64,000 bases of DNA, from NCBI GenBank assembly GCA_950097015.1, contig CATNEN010000039.1:16678001-16742000 (forward strand), in the 5' to 3' direction. Of this stretch, positions 37,870 to 51,488 are shown piece by piece (the stretch's first letter is position 1; every line of letters starts with the position of its first letter). The position numbers were made by a program, and so were the translations under genes. The notes beneath the pieces are model-generated. The model ran no database searches and had not been told where the DNA came from. It worked only from the letters and a program-made list of their open reading frames with translations. The stretch comes from Macrostomum hystrix (Eukaryota > Animalia > Platyhelminthes).

Positions 37870-40800
37870 AGAGACCCTTCTTGAACTCGATGTGACTCCG
37901 GGATTCAAAGCGACCCTTCTTGAACTCGATGTGATCCTCCGGGATTCAAAGCGACCCTTCTTGAACTCGATGTGATTCTCCATGATTAAAAGCGACCCTT
38001 CTTGAACTCGATGTGATCCTCCATGATTAAAAGCGACCCTTCTTGAACTCGATGTGATCCTCCATGATTCAAAGCGACCGTTCTTGAACTCGATGTGATC
38101 CTCCATGATTAAAAGCGACCCTTCTTGAACTCGATGTGATCCTCCATGATTAAAAGCGACCCTTCTTGAACTCGATGTGATCCTCCATGATTCAAAGCGA
38201 CCGTTCTTGAACTCGATGTGATCCTCCGGGATTCAAAGCGACCCTTCTTGAACTCGATGTGATCCTCCATGATCAAAAGCGACCCTTCTTGAACTCGATG
38301 TGACTCCGGGATTCAAAGCGACCCTTCTTGAACTCGATGTGATCCTCCATGATTAAAAGCGACCCTTCTTGAACTCGATGTGATCCTCCGGGATTCAAAG
38401 CGACCCTTCTTGAACTCGATGTGATCCTCCATGATTAAAAGCGACCCTTCTTGAACTCGATGTGATCCTCCATGATTCAAAGCGACCGTTCTTGAACTCG
38501 ATGTGATCCTTCATGATTAAAAGCGATCCTTCTTGAACTCGATGTGATCCTCCATGATTCAAAGCGACCGTTCTTGAACTCGATGTGATCCTCCATGATT
38601 AAAAGCGACCCTTCTTGAACTCGATGTGATCCTCCATGATTAAAAGCGACCCTTCTTGAACTCGATGTGATCCTCCATGATTAAAAGCGACCCTTCTTGA
38701 ACTCGATGTGATCCTCCATGATTCAAAGCGACCGTTCTTGAACTCGATGTGATCCTCCGGGATTCAAAGCGACCCTTCTTGAACTCGATGTGATCCTCCG
38801 GGATTCAAAGCGACCCTTCTTGAACTCGATGTGACTCCGGGATTCAAAGCGACCCTTCTTGAACTCGATGTGATCCTCCATGATTAAAAGCGACCCTTCT
38901 TGAACTCGATGTGACTCCGGGATTCAAAGCGACCCTTCTTGAACTCGATGTGACTCGACCCTTCTTGAACTCGTTGTGACTCCGGGATTCAAAGCGACCC
39001 TTCTTGAACTCGATGTGACTCGACCCTTCTTGAACTCGTTGTGACTCCGGGATTCAAAGCGACCCTTCTTGAACTCGATGTGATCCTCCATGATTAAAAG
39101 CGACCCTTCTTGAACTCGATGTGATCCTCCATGATTCAAAGCGACCCTTCTTGAACTCGATGTGATCCTCCATGATTCAAAGCGACCCTTCTTGAACTCG
39201 ATGTGACTCCAGGATTCAAAGAAACGCTTCTTGAACTCGATGTGACTCCGGGATTCAAAGAAACCTTTCTTGAACTCGATGTGACTCCGGGATTCAAAGC
39301 GACCCTTCTTGAACTCGATGTGACTCCGGGATTCAAAGAAACCTTTCTTGAACTCGATGTGACTCCGGGATTCAAAGAAACGCTTCTTGAACTCGATGTG
39401 ACTCCGGGATTCAAAGCGACCCTTCTTGAACTCGATGTGACTCCGGGATTCAAAGCGACCCTTCTTGAACTCGATGTGATCCTCCGGGATTCAAAGCGAC
39501 CCTTCTTGAACTCGATGTGACTCCGGGATTCAAAGCGACCCTTCTTGAACTCGATGTGATCCTCCATGATTAAAAGCGACCCTTCTTGAACTCGATGTGA
39601 CTCCGGGATTCAAAGCGACCCTTCTTGAACTCGATGTGACTCGACCCTTCTTGAACTCGTTGTGACTCCGGGATTCAAAGCGACCCTTCTTGAACTCGAT
39701 GTGACTCGACCCTTCTTGAACTCGTTGTGACTCCGGGATTCAAAGCGACCCTTCTTGAACTCGATGTGATCCTCCATGATTAAAAGCGACCCTTCTTGAA
39801 CTCGATGTGATCCTCCATGATTCAAAGCGACCCTTCTTGAACTCGATGTGATCCTCCATGATTCAAAGCGACCCTTCTTGAACTCGATGTGACTCCAGGA
39901 TTCAAAGAAACGCTTCTTGAACTCGATGTGACTCCGGGATTCAAAGAAACCTTTCTTGAACTCGATGTGACTCCGGGATTCAAAGCGACCCTTCTTGAAC
40001 TCGATGTGACTCCGGGATTCAAAGAAACCTTTCTTGAACTCGATGTGACTCCGGGATTCAAAGAAACGCTTCTTGAACTCGATGTGACTCCGGGATTCAA
40101 AGCGACCCTTCTTGAACTCGATGTGACTCCGGGATTCAAAGCGACCCTTCTTGAACTCGATGTGATCCTCCGGGATTCAAAGCGACCCTTCTTGAACTCG
40201 ATGTGACTCCGGGATTCAAAGCGACCCTTCTTGAACTCGATGTGATCCTCCATGATTAAAAGCGACCCTTCTTGAACTCGATGTGACTCCGGGATTCAAA
40301 GAAACCTTTCTTGAACTCGATGTGACTCCGGGATTCAAAGAAACGCTTCTTGAACTCGATGTGACTCCGGGATTCAAAGCGACCCTTCTTGAACTCGATG
40401 TGACTCCGGGATTCAAAGCGACCCTTCTTGAACTCGATGTGATCCTCCGGGATTCAAAGCGACCCTTCTTGAACTCGATGTGACTCCGGGATTCAAAGCG
40501 ACCCTTCTTGAACTCGATGTGATCCTCCATGATTAAAAGCGACCCTTCTTGAACTCGATGTGACTCCGGGATTCAAAGCGACCCTTCTTGAACTCGATGT
40601 GACTCGACCCTTCTTGAACTCGTTGTGACTCCGGGATTCAAAGCGACCCTTCTTGAACTCGATGTGACTCGACCCTTCTTGAACTCGTTGTGACTCCGGG
40701 ATTCAAAGCGACCCTTCTTGAACTCGATGTGATCCTCCATGATTAAAAGCGACCCTTCTTGAACTCGATGTGATCCTCCATGATTCAAAGCGACCCTTCT

Positions 40801-42542
40801 TGAACTCGATGTGATCCTCCATGATTCAAAGCGACCCTTCTTGAACTCGATGTGACTCCAGGATTCAAAGAAACGCTTCTTGAACTCGATGTGACTCCGG
40901 GATTCAAAGAAACCTTTCTTGAACTCGATGTGACTCCGGGATTCAAAGCGACCCTTCTTGAACTCGATGTGACTCCGGGATTCAAAGAAACCTTTCTTGA
41001 ACTCGATGTGACTCCGGGATTCAAAGAAACGCTTCTTGAACTCGATGTGACTCCGGGATTCAAAGCGACCCTTCTTGAACTCGATGTGACTCCGGGATTC
41101 AAAGCGACCCTTCTTGAACTCGATGTGATCCTCCGGGATTCAAAGCGACCCTTCTTGAACTCGATGTGACTCCGGGATTCAAAGCGACCCTTCTTGAACT
41201 CGATGTGATCCTCCATGATTAAAAGCGACCCTTCTTGAACTCGATGTGACTCCGGGATTCAAAGCGACCCTTCTTGAACTCGATGTGACTCGACCCTTCT
41301 TGAACTCGTTGTGACTCCGGGATTCAAAGCGACCCTTCTTGAACTCGATGTGACTCGACCCTTCTTGAACTCGTTGTGACTCCGGGATTCAAAGCGACCC
41401 TTCTTGAACTCGATGTGATCCTCCATGATTAAAAGCGACCCTTCTTGAACTCGATGTGATCCTCCATGATTCAAAGCGACCCTTCTTGAACTCGATGTGA
41501 TCCTCCATGATTCAAAGCGACCCTTCTTGAACTCGATGTGACTCCAGGATTCAAAGAAACGCTTCTTGAACTCGATGTGACTCCGGGATTCAAAGAAACC
41601 TTTCTTGAACTCGATGTGACTCCGGGATTCAAAGCGACCCTTCTTGAACTCGATGTGACTCCGGGATTCAAAGAAACCTTTCTTGAACTCGATGTGACTC
41701 CGGGATTCAAAGAAACGCTTCTTGAACTCGATGTGACTCCGGGATTCAAAGCGACCCTTCTTGAACTCGATGTGACTCCGGGATTCAAAGCGACCCTTCT
41801 TGAACTCGATGTGATCCTCCGGGATTCAAAGCGACCCTTCTTGAACTCGATGTGACTCCGGGATTCAAAGCGACCCTTCTTGAACTCGATGTGATCCTCC
41901 ATGATTAAAAGCGACCCTTCTTGAACTCGATGTGACTCCGGGATTCAAAGCGACCCTTCTTGAACTCGATGTGACTCGACCCTTCTTGAACTCGTTGTGA
42001 CTCCGGGATTCAAAGCGACCCTTCTTGAACTCGATGTGACTCGACCCTTCTTGAACTCGTTGTGACTCCGGGATTCAAAGCGACCCTTCTTGAACTCGAT
42101 GTGATCCTCCATGATTAAAAGCGACCCTTCTTGAACTCGATGTGATCCTCCATGATTCAAAGCGACCCTTCTTGAACTCGATGTGATCCTCCATGATTCA
42201 AAGCGACCCTTCTTGAACTCGATGTGACTCCAGGATTCAAAGAAACGCTTCTTGAACTCGATGTGACTCCGGGATTCAAAGAAACCTTTCTTGAACTCGA
42301 TGTGACTCCGGGATTCAAAGCGACCCTTCTTGAACTCGATGTGACTCCGGGATTCAAAGAAACCTTTCTTGAACTCGATGTGACTCCGGGATTCAAAGAA
42401 ACGCTTCTTGAACTCGATGTGACTCCGGGATTCAAAGCGACCCTTCTTGAACTCGATGTGACTCCGGGATTCAAAGCGACCCTTCTTGAACTCGATGTGA
42501 CTCCGGGATTCAAAGCGACCCTTCTTGAACTCAATGTGACAC
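37870..42542. repeat. 39/41-bp satellite with a 686-bp higher-order repeat
   Basis: Unit GCGACCCTTCTTGAACTCGATGTGACTCCGGGATTCAAA; block recurs at 38924, 39610, 40573, 41259, 41945. Confidence 0.97.
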
Positions 42543-43969
42543 TCGTGTTTTTCCAAAGCAGCAATTTTTTACTATTTACGAGTATCATGTAACAGAAAAA
42601 ACTATTCTTAGACATTTCGTATCCCATTTTTAATGTCTTAATAAACTCTAAATGAAACCAAATCAAGTTTTGAAAGTGAATGACGCAAAGAAGAGGAAAT
42701 GAATATTTTCTTGTTTCCAATGACCGAACGAACAGTCCGTGACGTCGAATATCCGATGCACGATGCTCGGCAGTTAAATTTATTGCGTTGAATTTATACA
42801 GAACGAAAGCAATCGAAAGGAAAGATGTCGGATCGCACGCACACTGAGTGACAGAAATTCTCTCCTTTTGCATAAGTCTGTTTAACTTTGCTTCCTAAAG
42901 TAAAACAATAGTTTAGCATCCTTAAAACTCTTTCAGCTAACGAGTTAGCGGCGCAGAACACGCGGAAGAAAATGGTTTCACATCGTTAATCACGACAGCA
43001 AACGCAATTTTAAAAAATACGCTGTTTTAAACAAGCGAACCAATCGAAAGGAATGCTCTACAGAGCTAGAGGACAAAATAGGGATCAGTAAATTTGGTAA
43101 AATTTGTCAACATCGCCAACAAATGGCAACAGAAAGAAGAGAAATACCAGCGAGTGATATTTGGAACACACAAAAAGTGGAGAGTACGTTATAAAACACG
43201 GAAATCAAAATAAGTTATAGGGTGACTTTTAAAAAACATTTTTCGCTGTATTAATCACACTGCAACTGCACAGAAAAATGTAAAACAAGATAAATCAAAT
43301 AAAAAAGTAGAGACTCAGCTGAAAACACGAATAGGACAAAAGAACAGACAGGGGGGTATCTTTGAGTGAGCAGACTCTAACCCACAATGACTCACAGTCG
43401 ACAAAAAGTGGTGCATTATCAAACTGCCGTTGCGGTGAGATGAAAAGTTTTCGCTTCTTTATTAAAAAGAGAACAGAAACCAGGTTGCACATATACAGAT
43501 TTTTATCTCTGCTATCTGCAGTAACTGGGTAAATATATAAAAAAATAGATAGTACTAGACTACTAGGTAGTATTCATCTTAAAATCTATCGATTACTTTT
43601 ATTGCTTTGAGTGAGCGAATGGCTAAGAAATCATTATTATCTGAGCACTTTCCAAGGTTCGACAGATCGATCAAACGAAAGCTCAAGTTGTGAATGACAC
43701 AAAGGGAATGACTTGGCAGGACAGCGGACTTGACTTAACTTCATGATGCAAAAAATATTTACAGGGAATGGAAATGGCGATCAAACTCTCGAGGCAGGGT
43801 TCAGCTCAAATTATGCCAGTCTGCTAAATGCGCTTCTGACGGACAAAAGAATATAACGAAATGTTCTTTTTCAGGGTTTGAAAATTCGCAGTAAAGCAGA
43901 TCTTCCTTCCTTCAAGCAATTCGCATTTCTTATCCACAGTTCGTGAGGAGGCTGACGCGGCGAACAGCA

Positions 43970-46337
43970 TCACTGCGAGGCTGAGTAGCCCGAATCTGAC
44001 GAGCAGCCCATCGGGCCAGAGTTGGCAGCCGCGGCTTCGGCGTCTGTTGCAGCCAACAGAGCTGCAGTCGTTGAAGAATTCGATTCAATGATGGACTCGC
44101 CGCCGCTGCTGTCACCGGAGATTGTGAAGCGAGCCAACGGCGGAGTTAAAAAGGCCTTCAGGGCTGACTCACTGTCCCCATCAGCCTTGTCGTCACTGTC
44201 AGCTGGGCGCTTCTTGGCATTCTTGGCGGCGTCGTCGTCATTGTCGCGGCCAGAGTCGGCAATGCCGACGCCGGCGCAAATGCTGGGATCAGCGATCCAG
44301 GGATGCAGCAGCAGCTGCTGGAGGCTCGGCCGCTGGCTGGGGTCCGTCTGGAGGCAGGCCAGGATCAGCTGACGGCACTGCCGAGTTAGACGACGCTTGA
44401 AGCGCGGCACGGTGTAGCAAATTTGATCGTCGCGCTCAAATGGTATATCGCCGCAGACCATGTCAAAGAGCAGAATGCCCAGAGACCACACCTCGGCCTG
44501 CTTGCCGTGGTAGCGGTGCCATCGGATCCACTCTGGCGGGCTGTACACCCGGGTGCCTGCATGCAGTGTGGAAGGAGAAGGCGAGCAATGAGATGTCATG
44601 TTGTCGATTGGTCTGTCTAGGATTATTGACTGGGCCTCTCTATAATAGACTATGAGTGCGTAAGTCCTTGAAAGAAAACTATTTTAGACCTAGTCAAAAC
44701 AGAATAACACCGGAAGAAATAACACACAGCTAAGAATTTTATCCCAAATGTGGAACGATTTCGTGGCTTCTACGAGCTAGACACTTCCGCTTATTACTGC
44801 AAAAAATAGCTAGGTAGATGCTAATTGGATTCGATACCCAAAGCCCCACTATAAAAAATGATGATTGCCTTGCTGATGCTGACCTTGACAAGTCCTTAGT
44901 GAAGCAGGCCTGCCCGTTCTATTAAAACACGTTATTTTATGCTTCACTTTTAAAAATGTAAAATTACTTCATGGACAATGCACAGTGCACCCGAGTTTTA
45001 TTGGAAACGAAAAAAATTAAGGCTTAGCCACCCGACCTACCCATATGGGGCTTGTTTAACACATCTCAAACCTGGTCAAACCCCAACATTGTGTATGTAC
45101 ACGCTTTTTGTGACCATTCCTTTTGAACTATTTTGAAATCATTTTATGGCAATTGGACTAGTTTTAAAGTTGATACACTATCCAATACATTTAGCTATCT
45201 CAATTGATTGTCATTTTTACACCTTAATCAGTCTAAGTTCACACCTTTGCACTATAAATGTTATAAGTTAGAATTGTATTTTTTATGACTTACACCCAAA
45301 TAGAATTAAGATAATAGATAAGGGGCAGAGATGTACAAGGCTCTAAATTATACAAGCTAAGTTAATATAATTTAACATGACATTATCAACATCAAGCATA
45401 TGAAATTTGCTCACCATCAAAGTCCGTGTACTGCTCCTCCTGTAAGAAGGCGCCAGAGCCGAAATCGATGAGCTGCAGGGTGCCTTTGCTCACATCCACC
45501 AGCAGGTTCTCATCCTTGATGTCGCGGTGCAGCACGCCAGCCTCGTGGCACGCGAGGAGCGTCTCAATCAGCTGCTTCATGAAGCTCCTGGCCACAGACT
45601 CAGACAGAAATCTTCTACGCGAGATGAAGTCAAACAGGTCCATGCCCTTGGCGAGCTTGGGCATGACAATGGCCCACTCGGTTGGGCCCTCGTGAAAGCT
45701 GATTGGGCGCACAATGCCGGCAATGTGGCGACATCGGTGGAGCAGCAGGAACTCCAGTGGAATCTTGTGCCCGTTTGGCTGCAGTCGGGTTGGGAGAAAT
45801 AGATCGAGATGGCTAGCTACATCTTCCACATTTGTACATCACGGATTCACAATAAGCAGCTGAAATCACTCACCAGCTCATGCCAGGAATGCACAGACAT
45901 CTTCGCCTTCATGATGAACTTGACTGCCACCTTCGCGTTGTCGCTCCGTCTTATGGCCAGGAACACGCGACCGAAGCCGCCGCTGCCCAGCTGGCGGTCA
46001 ATCTGGTAATCGCGATGCAGGGTTTCAAGCGACTCAATTGGAACCACATTGCTGCCTAGCGGAAAGTTTCCACCTTTGAAAGAGAAAATATCAACTTGAT
46101 TTTAAGGCCTAGGGTTATGGCCATTATGCTTATTAGAAGTCAAGTCAATTAAAAAAACTTACTGCTTTTAAAAGGACGATCAGAATCAACACTAGACACC
46201 TCGGAGAAGTTTCGGTTGTCAGTGAAGATGTTCAGCGTGTCCAATGTTGCGAATCGGCGCATGTCTGGCGAACTTGTAAAATCCATTTGCACAACACGTG
46301 GTAGCTCACAAAATGTTGCTTTTCGTGTAAGAGTCAT
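43970..46337 (-). CDS. pim: PIM-family Ser/Thr kinase, ~441 aa
   Basis: Exons 46337-46163, 46073-45874, 45778-45415, 44556-43970, phases consistent. Motifs [68 protein letters not shown] are diagnostic for PIM. Start codon is less certain. Confidence 0.93.
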
Positions 46338-47042
46338 GGAGTGCAATGAGTGAACAACAACGTGGTATATATAACCAGTTCTAGGAGAGAAGTGAATGTT
46401 ATTCTTGCACGAAATTTATGGCTTGTTTTTCCTGATAAGAAAAATAAAATACTGATTGAAAATCACATTAAATTATTTTATTAGTAATTGAAAAACACAT
46501 TTACAAGATAAAAAAATTACAATATTAAAAAAATAACTTTCAGCAAAGATCTACTTTATACTACTTCACTGTACACTAAAGATGGAAATCTCGTGCACAC
46601 GCGCGTGTGACGACAGAGCGAGTTATTTTTAGAATTTGCCCTGGGATATGACGGGGATAGAGAAAGGAGAGGCCATGCCAGTACAACAATGTCAGCAGAA
46701 GGTTACTTGGTTGGAAAGTTCCCGAAATCGGGCTTGTGGTATATTTTTAACCGTTAACCCCTGAAAATGTACCGTCAAACACAAACACGGTACAATTTAA
46801 ATTTAAGAACATTAGTCTATGACTCTTGACTAAAAAGAGTTACTGAGAAAATTTCAGCTTAGGCAATAAATAAGAATAATTAAACAAGCGGTATCGAAAA
46901 AACAGCAAACAGTCAACAAAAATGCATATACGAGCTATTACAGATGGCGATAAAAAGAGAAATGTTTAGGCCTTTCATCAACAGGTAAGAAATGTCGCAG
47001 ACATTATGGCAGCGGAACGTAGCTAAAAAGCGATAATATATA

Positions 47043-47219
47043 TGACGTCATCGTATAACGTTGAAGAGATTTAAGGGGCCGATGGTCAATATCGCCTTTA
47101 TTGCACTTTTTCGTGACACCTGCCGATAAAGCACTAGTGCCAGCTGTTCCCAGGTTAATTGCATGCTCGGCAAGCTCAAGGCGCTGCAATGCAGTTAATT
47201 AATTATGAGTATGACGTCA
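47043..47219. promoter_or_regulatory. Two full palindromic CRE sites upstream of PIM
   Basis: TGACGTCA at 47043-47050 and 47212-47219. Confidence 0.45.
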
Positions 47220-47477
47220 AGCAGACAGCTTAAAACACAGAACAGCTATTCAGCTTTTGACAGTAGAAGGACCACGCTATTTCCTCCCTGGGGAGCGACC
47301 ACAGGCACGCGGCGACCGTCGGGACCTTCAACAAAAGCACCCGATCGGCATCTCAAAGCAAGGATAACTTAAGAACATTCTGAAATTTTTTGAGCAGAAA
47401 AATAATGTCCATATTGGTGGTTCTTGCCACCAGACACCCTTACGATAATCATTTTGGGGTGTTTAGTACTAAAAATA

Positions 47478-47600
47478 ATTATTATTATTACCAGTGCCTT
47501 AGTCGGGCCAGATGTGCAGCCAACTGCACAGCCGCAGTTATTGCACGGCGCATCTGAAAGCTGCGTACGGCTGTTCAGTCCATGGACACCACACCCAAGG
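47478..47600 (-). mobile_element. SINE family 1, 3' tail fragment
   Basis: cagatgtgcagccaactgcacagccgcag..ctgttcagtccatggac matches 59710-59790. Confidence 0.7.
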
Positions 47601-48234
47601 CCTAAATTGCCCCAGCTGAATCTTGTACCCATAGAACAGAAATGGGACTCAAACAATAGAGTGAATTTAGCGCAAAACAAGGATGTTATTTTTATATTCT
47701 ACAACAAGTGCGAGGGTACATCATCAAGGATATATCCAAATTCAGAAATATCATACCGGATGTGACTAACCCGGATGATTGTTTATATAAGCAACCAGAT
47801 GATTAACCAGATTTCCAACTTAAGATGCAGGAAAGGCTAAAAATAACATTATTTTTCTTGTATATTACTGGATCTGGTTCTGATCGCATGGGGGATATTT
47901 CCGCATTGAACTGGTTCGAAGAGTTTGGGATATATTTTTATCGCAGAATGGGCCAAAACTTAATGCGCATGTTCTTGTTCAGTGCGAGAAGGGATTAAAT
48001 GGTATCAAATATAATACTAGGCTTGACATTTTCTGGTGGGATTAGGCATTAAAATTCTCTATCTGGTGAAAAATTTTGTCTTTTTTGTGTGAGAGCATGG
48101 ACACTCACAAGTGTCTAATTTCAATTGTTGCATTTCAAGCACCTTCGTTTTTCTCATTTTAGGGAATTACTGTATGAATTACTAAATGCCCGGCCCGACA
48201 TCGACAATCGACACCGGCGCTTAATAGCCCAGTG

Positions 48235-48531
48235 ATTAAATCGTCGGACTCACGACTTGAAGGTCGGGGGTTCGATTCCAGACAATTAGTTTAAAAAATT
48301 TGTTCTCTTTAGCAAGTGTCACTAAGTGACAGCTAATAGTGACATATGGTGACAGTATTAGTGACATTTTTTATATGCTTGGCATTAAATCGTCGGACTC
48401 ACGACTTGAAGGTCGGGGGTTCGATTCCAGACAATTAGTTTAAAAAATTTGTTCTCTTTAGCAAGTGTCACTAAGTGACAGCTAATAGTGACATATGGTG
48501 ACAGTCTTAGTGACATTTTTTATATGCTTGG
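48235..48531 (+). repeat. 149-bp tandem duplication containing a family-1 SINE tRNA head
   Basis: Two near-identical units starting at 48235 and 48384, each with gtcggactcacgacttgaaggtcgggggttcgattcc. Confidence 0.85.
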
Positions 48532-49073
48532 AATTTTCTGTTCTTTTGGCGCGTTGCACAGCTTAGCAGAAGAGCAGGACTGCTTATTGTCTCGCTGCCT
48601 GTTTGTTAGGCGAATAATAACTATTAGTTTACACGCCTCAGCATTTATTTCCGTCTGTCACACGAACGGAATAAATAGTACCTATTATTGTGAGCAAGAT
48701 AGTCATATAGGCGCTCAGTCCATATACAAAACTGAATGGATTTCACATTTGCAGCAGCTGCGGCAGTAATAGCGACACTAACAATATACTCAAAGGAATT
48801 TTAACGCTCTGTTGGCAGGAGGCGGAAATTAATTGCTTGTAATTGCAAAATGTTGTTAATTAAATGCATGCAGGTGTGTATTTAGCTATGGTTATTGACA
48901 ACTTAATCATGCAGGAATGCAAAATAAATTCAGGGCCAAAGTCGCTTAGTGCAAATGCTGAGTAAAGGGGTTAGAATCGCAGAATGCTGTTGACTAAATC
49001 CCGATTTAAACCAATCACAAAAAATATTAACGTTTACAGATGAATCCAATTTGTCGAAGTCCCACAAAGTACT

Positions 49074-49270
49074 AATTCGACAAGATCCCAATTCGACAAG
49101 ATTCCAATTCGACAAGATCCCACTTAGACAAGATCCCAATTCGACAAGATCCCAACTTGACAAGATCCCAATTCGACAAGATCCCTATTTGACAAAATCC
49201 CAATTCGACAAGATCCCAATTCGACAAGACCCCCAACTTGACAATATCCCAATTCGACAAGATCCCGATT
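49074..49270. repeat. 16-bp minisatellite
   Basis: Unit CAAGATCCCAATTCGA. Confidence 0.9.
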
Positions 49271-50239
49271 CGGCACTTTAAGCTGAAAAATACGAGCGTA
49301 GTTCCAAGTCCTGATTAGACGAGGCCAGAATCGAAACTAATGAAATGTGACCAAATCCCGATATTAAAACCCCCAAACTTCATTGGTAGCCAGATGAGAA
49401 GAAATCTTTGAATAAAAAACAGCAATTTAACGAAGTCTTGATCATCGATGTTATTTAATAAAATTTAATTAAATAATAAAAAAGCTAACTGCAAAATTAG
49501 CTGCAAATTTTTAGCTACCACATTAGGAGGCTGGAATGTTGCTTGACCAACTAGTGACACAGAATCAACAAGTTGTGACCATGGCCAAGCGCTTAAATAA
49601 ACACGAGCTAATGCGAGATTAAGGTTAAAAAACCTTCTGATGCGGCTGTCTAAATTTAGAAACTTTTTCGACGTCTACATAAACTCACCAGAGAGAATTG
49701 TAGCAGTGTAAATTAAATGCTTATGTTTTTACTCGTGCGTACAATTGATGACAAAAACAAACCAGTAGGAAAAGCCCAGACGAACCCTCGACCTCTCCTG
49801 GTAAATTACATTAGGGAATACTTGGAAAGACCTAAACTAGCTTTTACTCTCACACACTACTACTTGATTCTACCTAGCAGTAGTACCGTAAGTACACAAT
49901 GAAAATTTAGAACTGGTTTAAACCCGCTGAAAACTAGATACGAATAATTCGGTAAGTTATCCGGATCCCGATATGGATACTTATCCGGACGAATGGCCAG
50001 ATTGGACCGGATCTGACACTTCCGTAATGCTATCCGGCGCCTCAGTCAGATATTGAACATTTCCGGACTATAGTTTCATCAGCATTTTGCAGCTGGATAG
50101 CTAATTCGAACTGGTTGAGTGTCAACATTCGACTTGCATGCAACTCGATCGGTACTACTCGGAAAGACATCAGTAACCATTTTCCATATTTTAGCATTCT
50201 GCCTTTCTTTTCAATTTTTTCCATTTTGAGGCTCTTAAG

Positions 50240-50380
50240 GCATTTAACAGCTGGGTGAACTGAAGCAATGCAGAGTTAATTATCTTGCTGAAGGACACAA
50301 ATTGTTCTAAAAGAGTCGGGATTCGAACCCCTGTCGTTCAAGCCGTAAGTTCGACGCTCTAACCACAAGGCTACAACCGC
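50240..50380 (-). mobile_element. SINE family 1, head plus CORE-like fragment
   Basis: catttaacagctgggtgaactgaagcaatg..ggattcgaaccc matches the other copies. Confidence 0.75.
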
Positions 50381-51488
50381 CTGGTTTGAATGATGAAAAT
50401 AAAAGTAAAACAAAAAATGGCGACTTTCTTGAAGTTTATTAGAAAAGCGGCTTGATTGATGATAGTGAACTGGGGAGTAAATAAGTTCCTATTTTATTTG
50501 AATCTTTTTTGCTTTCATAGGATTAAATTTTTAGAGGCTTCTGTATCTATATACTAAAACTGGCAGTAGTATTGGTTAGCAACAAACAAAAAAGGCATTG
50601 TGTTTAACTGGCTGAATAGAAATGGCATTAAAAAACTAACAACAAAGTAAATAATCGGCTATTTCATTAAAGTCTGCTAATAGAGATCAGCTATAGGAAC
50701 AAAAAAGATGTTTTAACGCACATAAAGACAGTAGTCTAATATTGACTAATAAGGATTGTTGTAATATATTGATTCCTTAACTGAAAATATATACCATCGC
50801 CAACATTTTATAAATAGCTATTATGAGTTGAACTTTGAGTTGATAGTTAAAATCCAGTCGAAATTGAAAACACATTTTGGTGTTTTAGTCTACTTAAACC
50901 GGTAAGAAATTCATACTTTGACATACAGATGTGTATAGATAAGATAGATATTTTCTACTAACAATTAAAAATAATAATATTGAATAACAAAAAACACAAT
51001 AAGAGGGAAGCGACGATATAGGCGACCACCGGTTGGACTCAACTCATGTTTGGCTTCTCCTCTTTAACAAATCGATGTTTTGGTCTTCAAGGTCCGTTTA
51101 AACAATTTCTCTTAGCAACCAAACACAAAAGTTGTCAGAAACACTCAACAGTGAAAAATAGATTCCATTCATTACTCGTATAAGTAAGAGCAACGGGTGC
51201 CAACAGTGTCAACAGTTGTTGCCGATACGGGTCCTAAGTATGAGAAAAAAGTAATATAAGAAATAAATATATATAGTAGTGTGTGTGTATAACGATTATA
51301 TGATAATTTATCCACTTTTAGTTATAATCATTTATCGTCCAAGCGACGCGAACAACAACAAGCCAGCCCAAGCACAGTGCCGGAGTCCAAGGGACATTTT
51401 TATTTATTAATAAATAAGTAACAGATCATATAGAGACGGAGTTAATAGGAAACTAACGGCTAGGACACCATGCAGTGAGGCCTAGCAG

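Noticed and set aside
37870-42542. CRISPR-like look (constant CTTCTTGAACTCGATGTGA with variable linkers)
   Set aside because: The linkers are a few homologous variants, not unique spacers; no cas genes; eukaryotic context.
46338-46346. Non-AUG (PIM1-like CUG) initiation
   Set aside because: The TTG start is an ORF-caller choice; an in-frame ATG follows three codons later.
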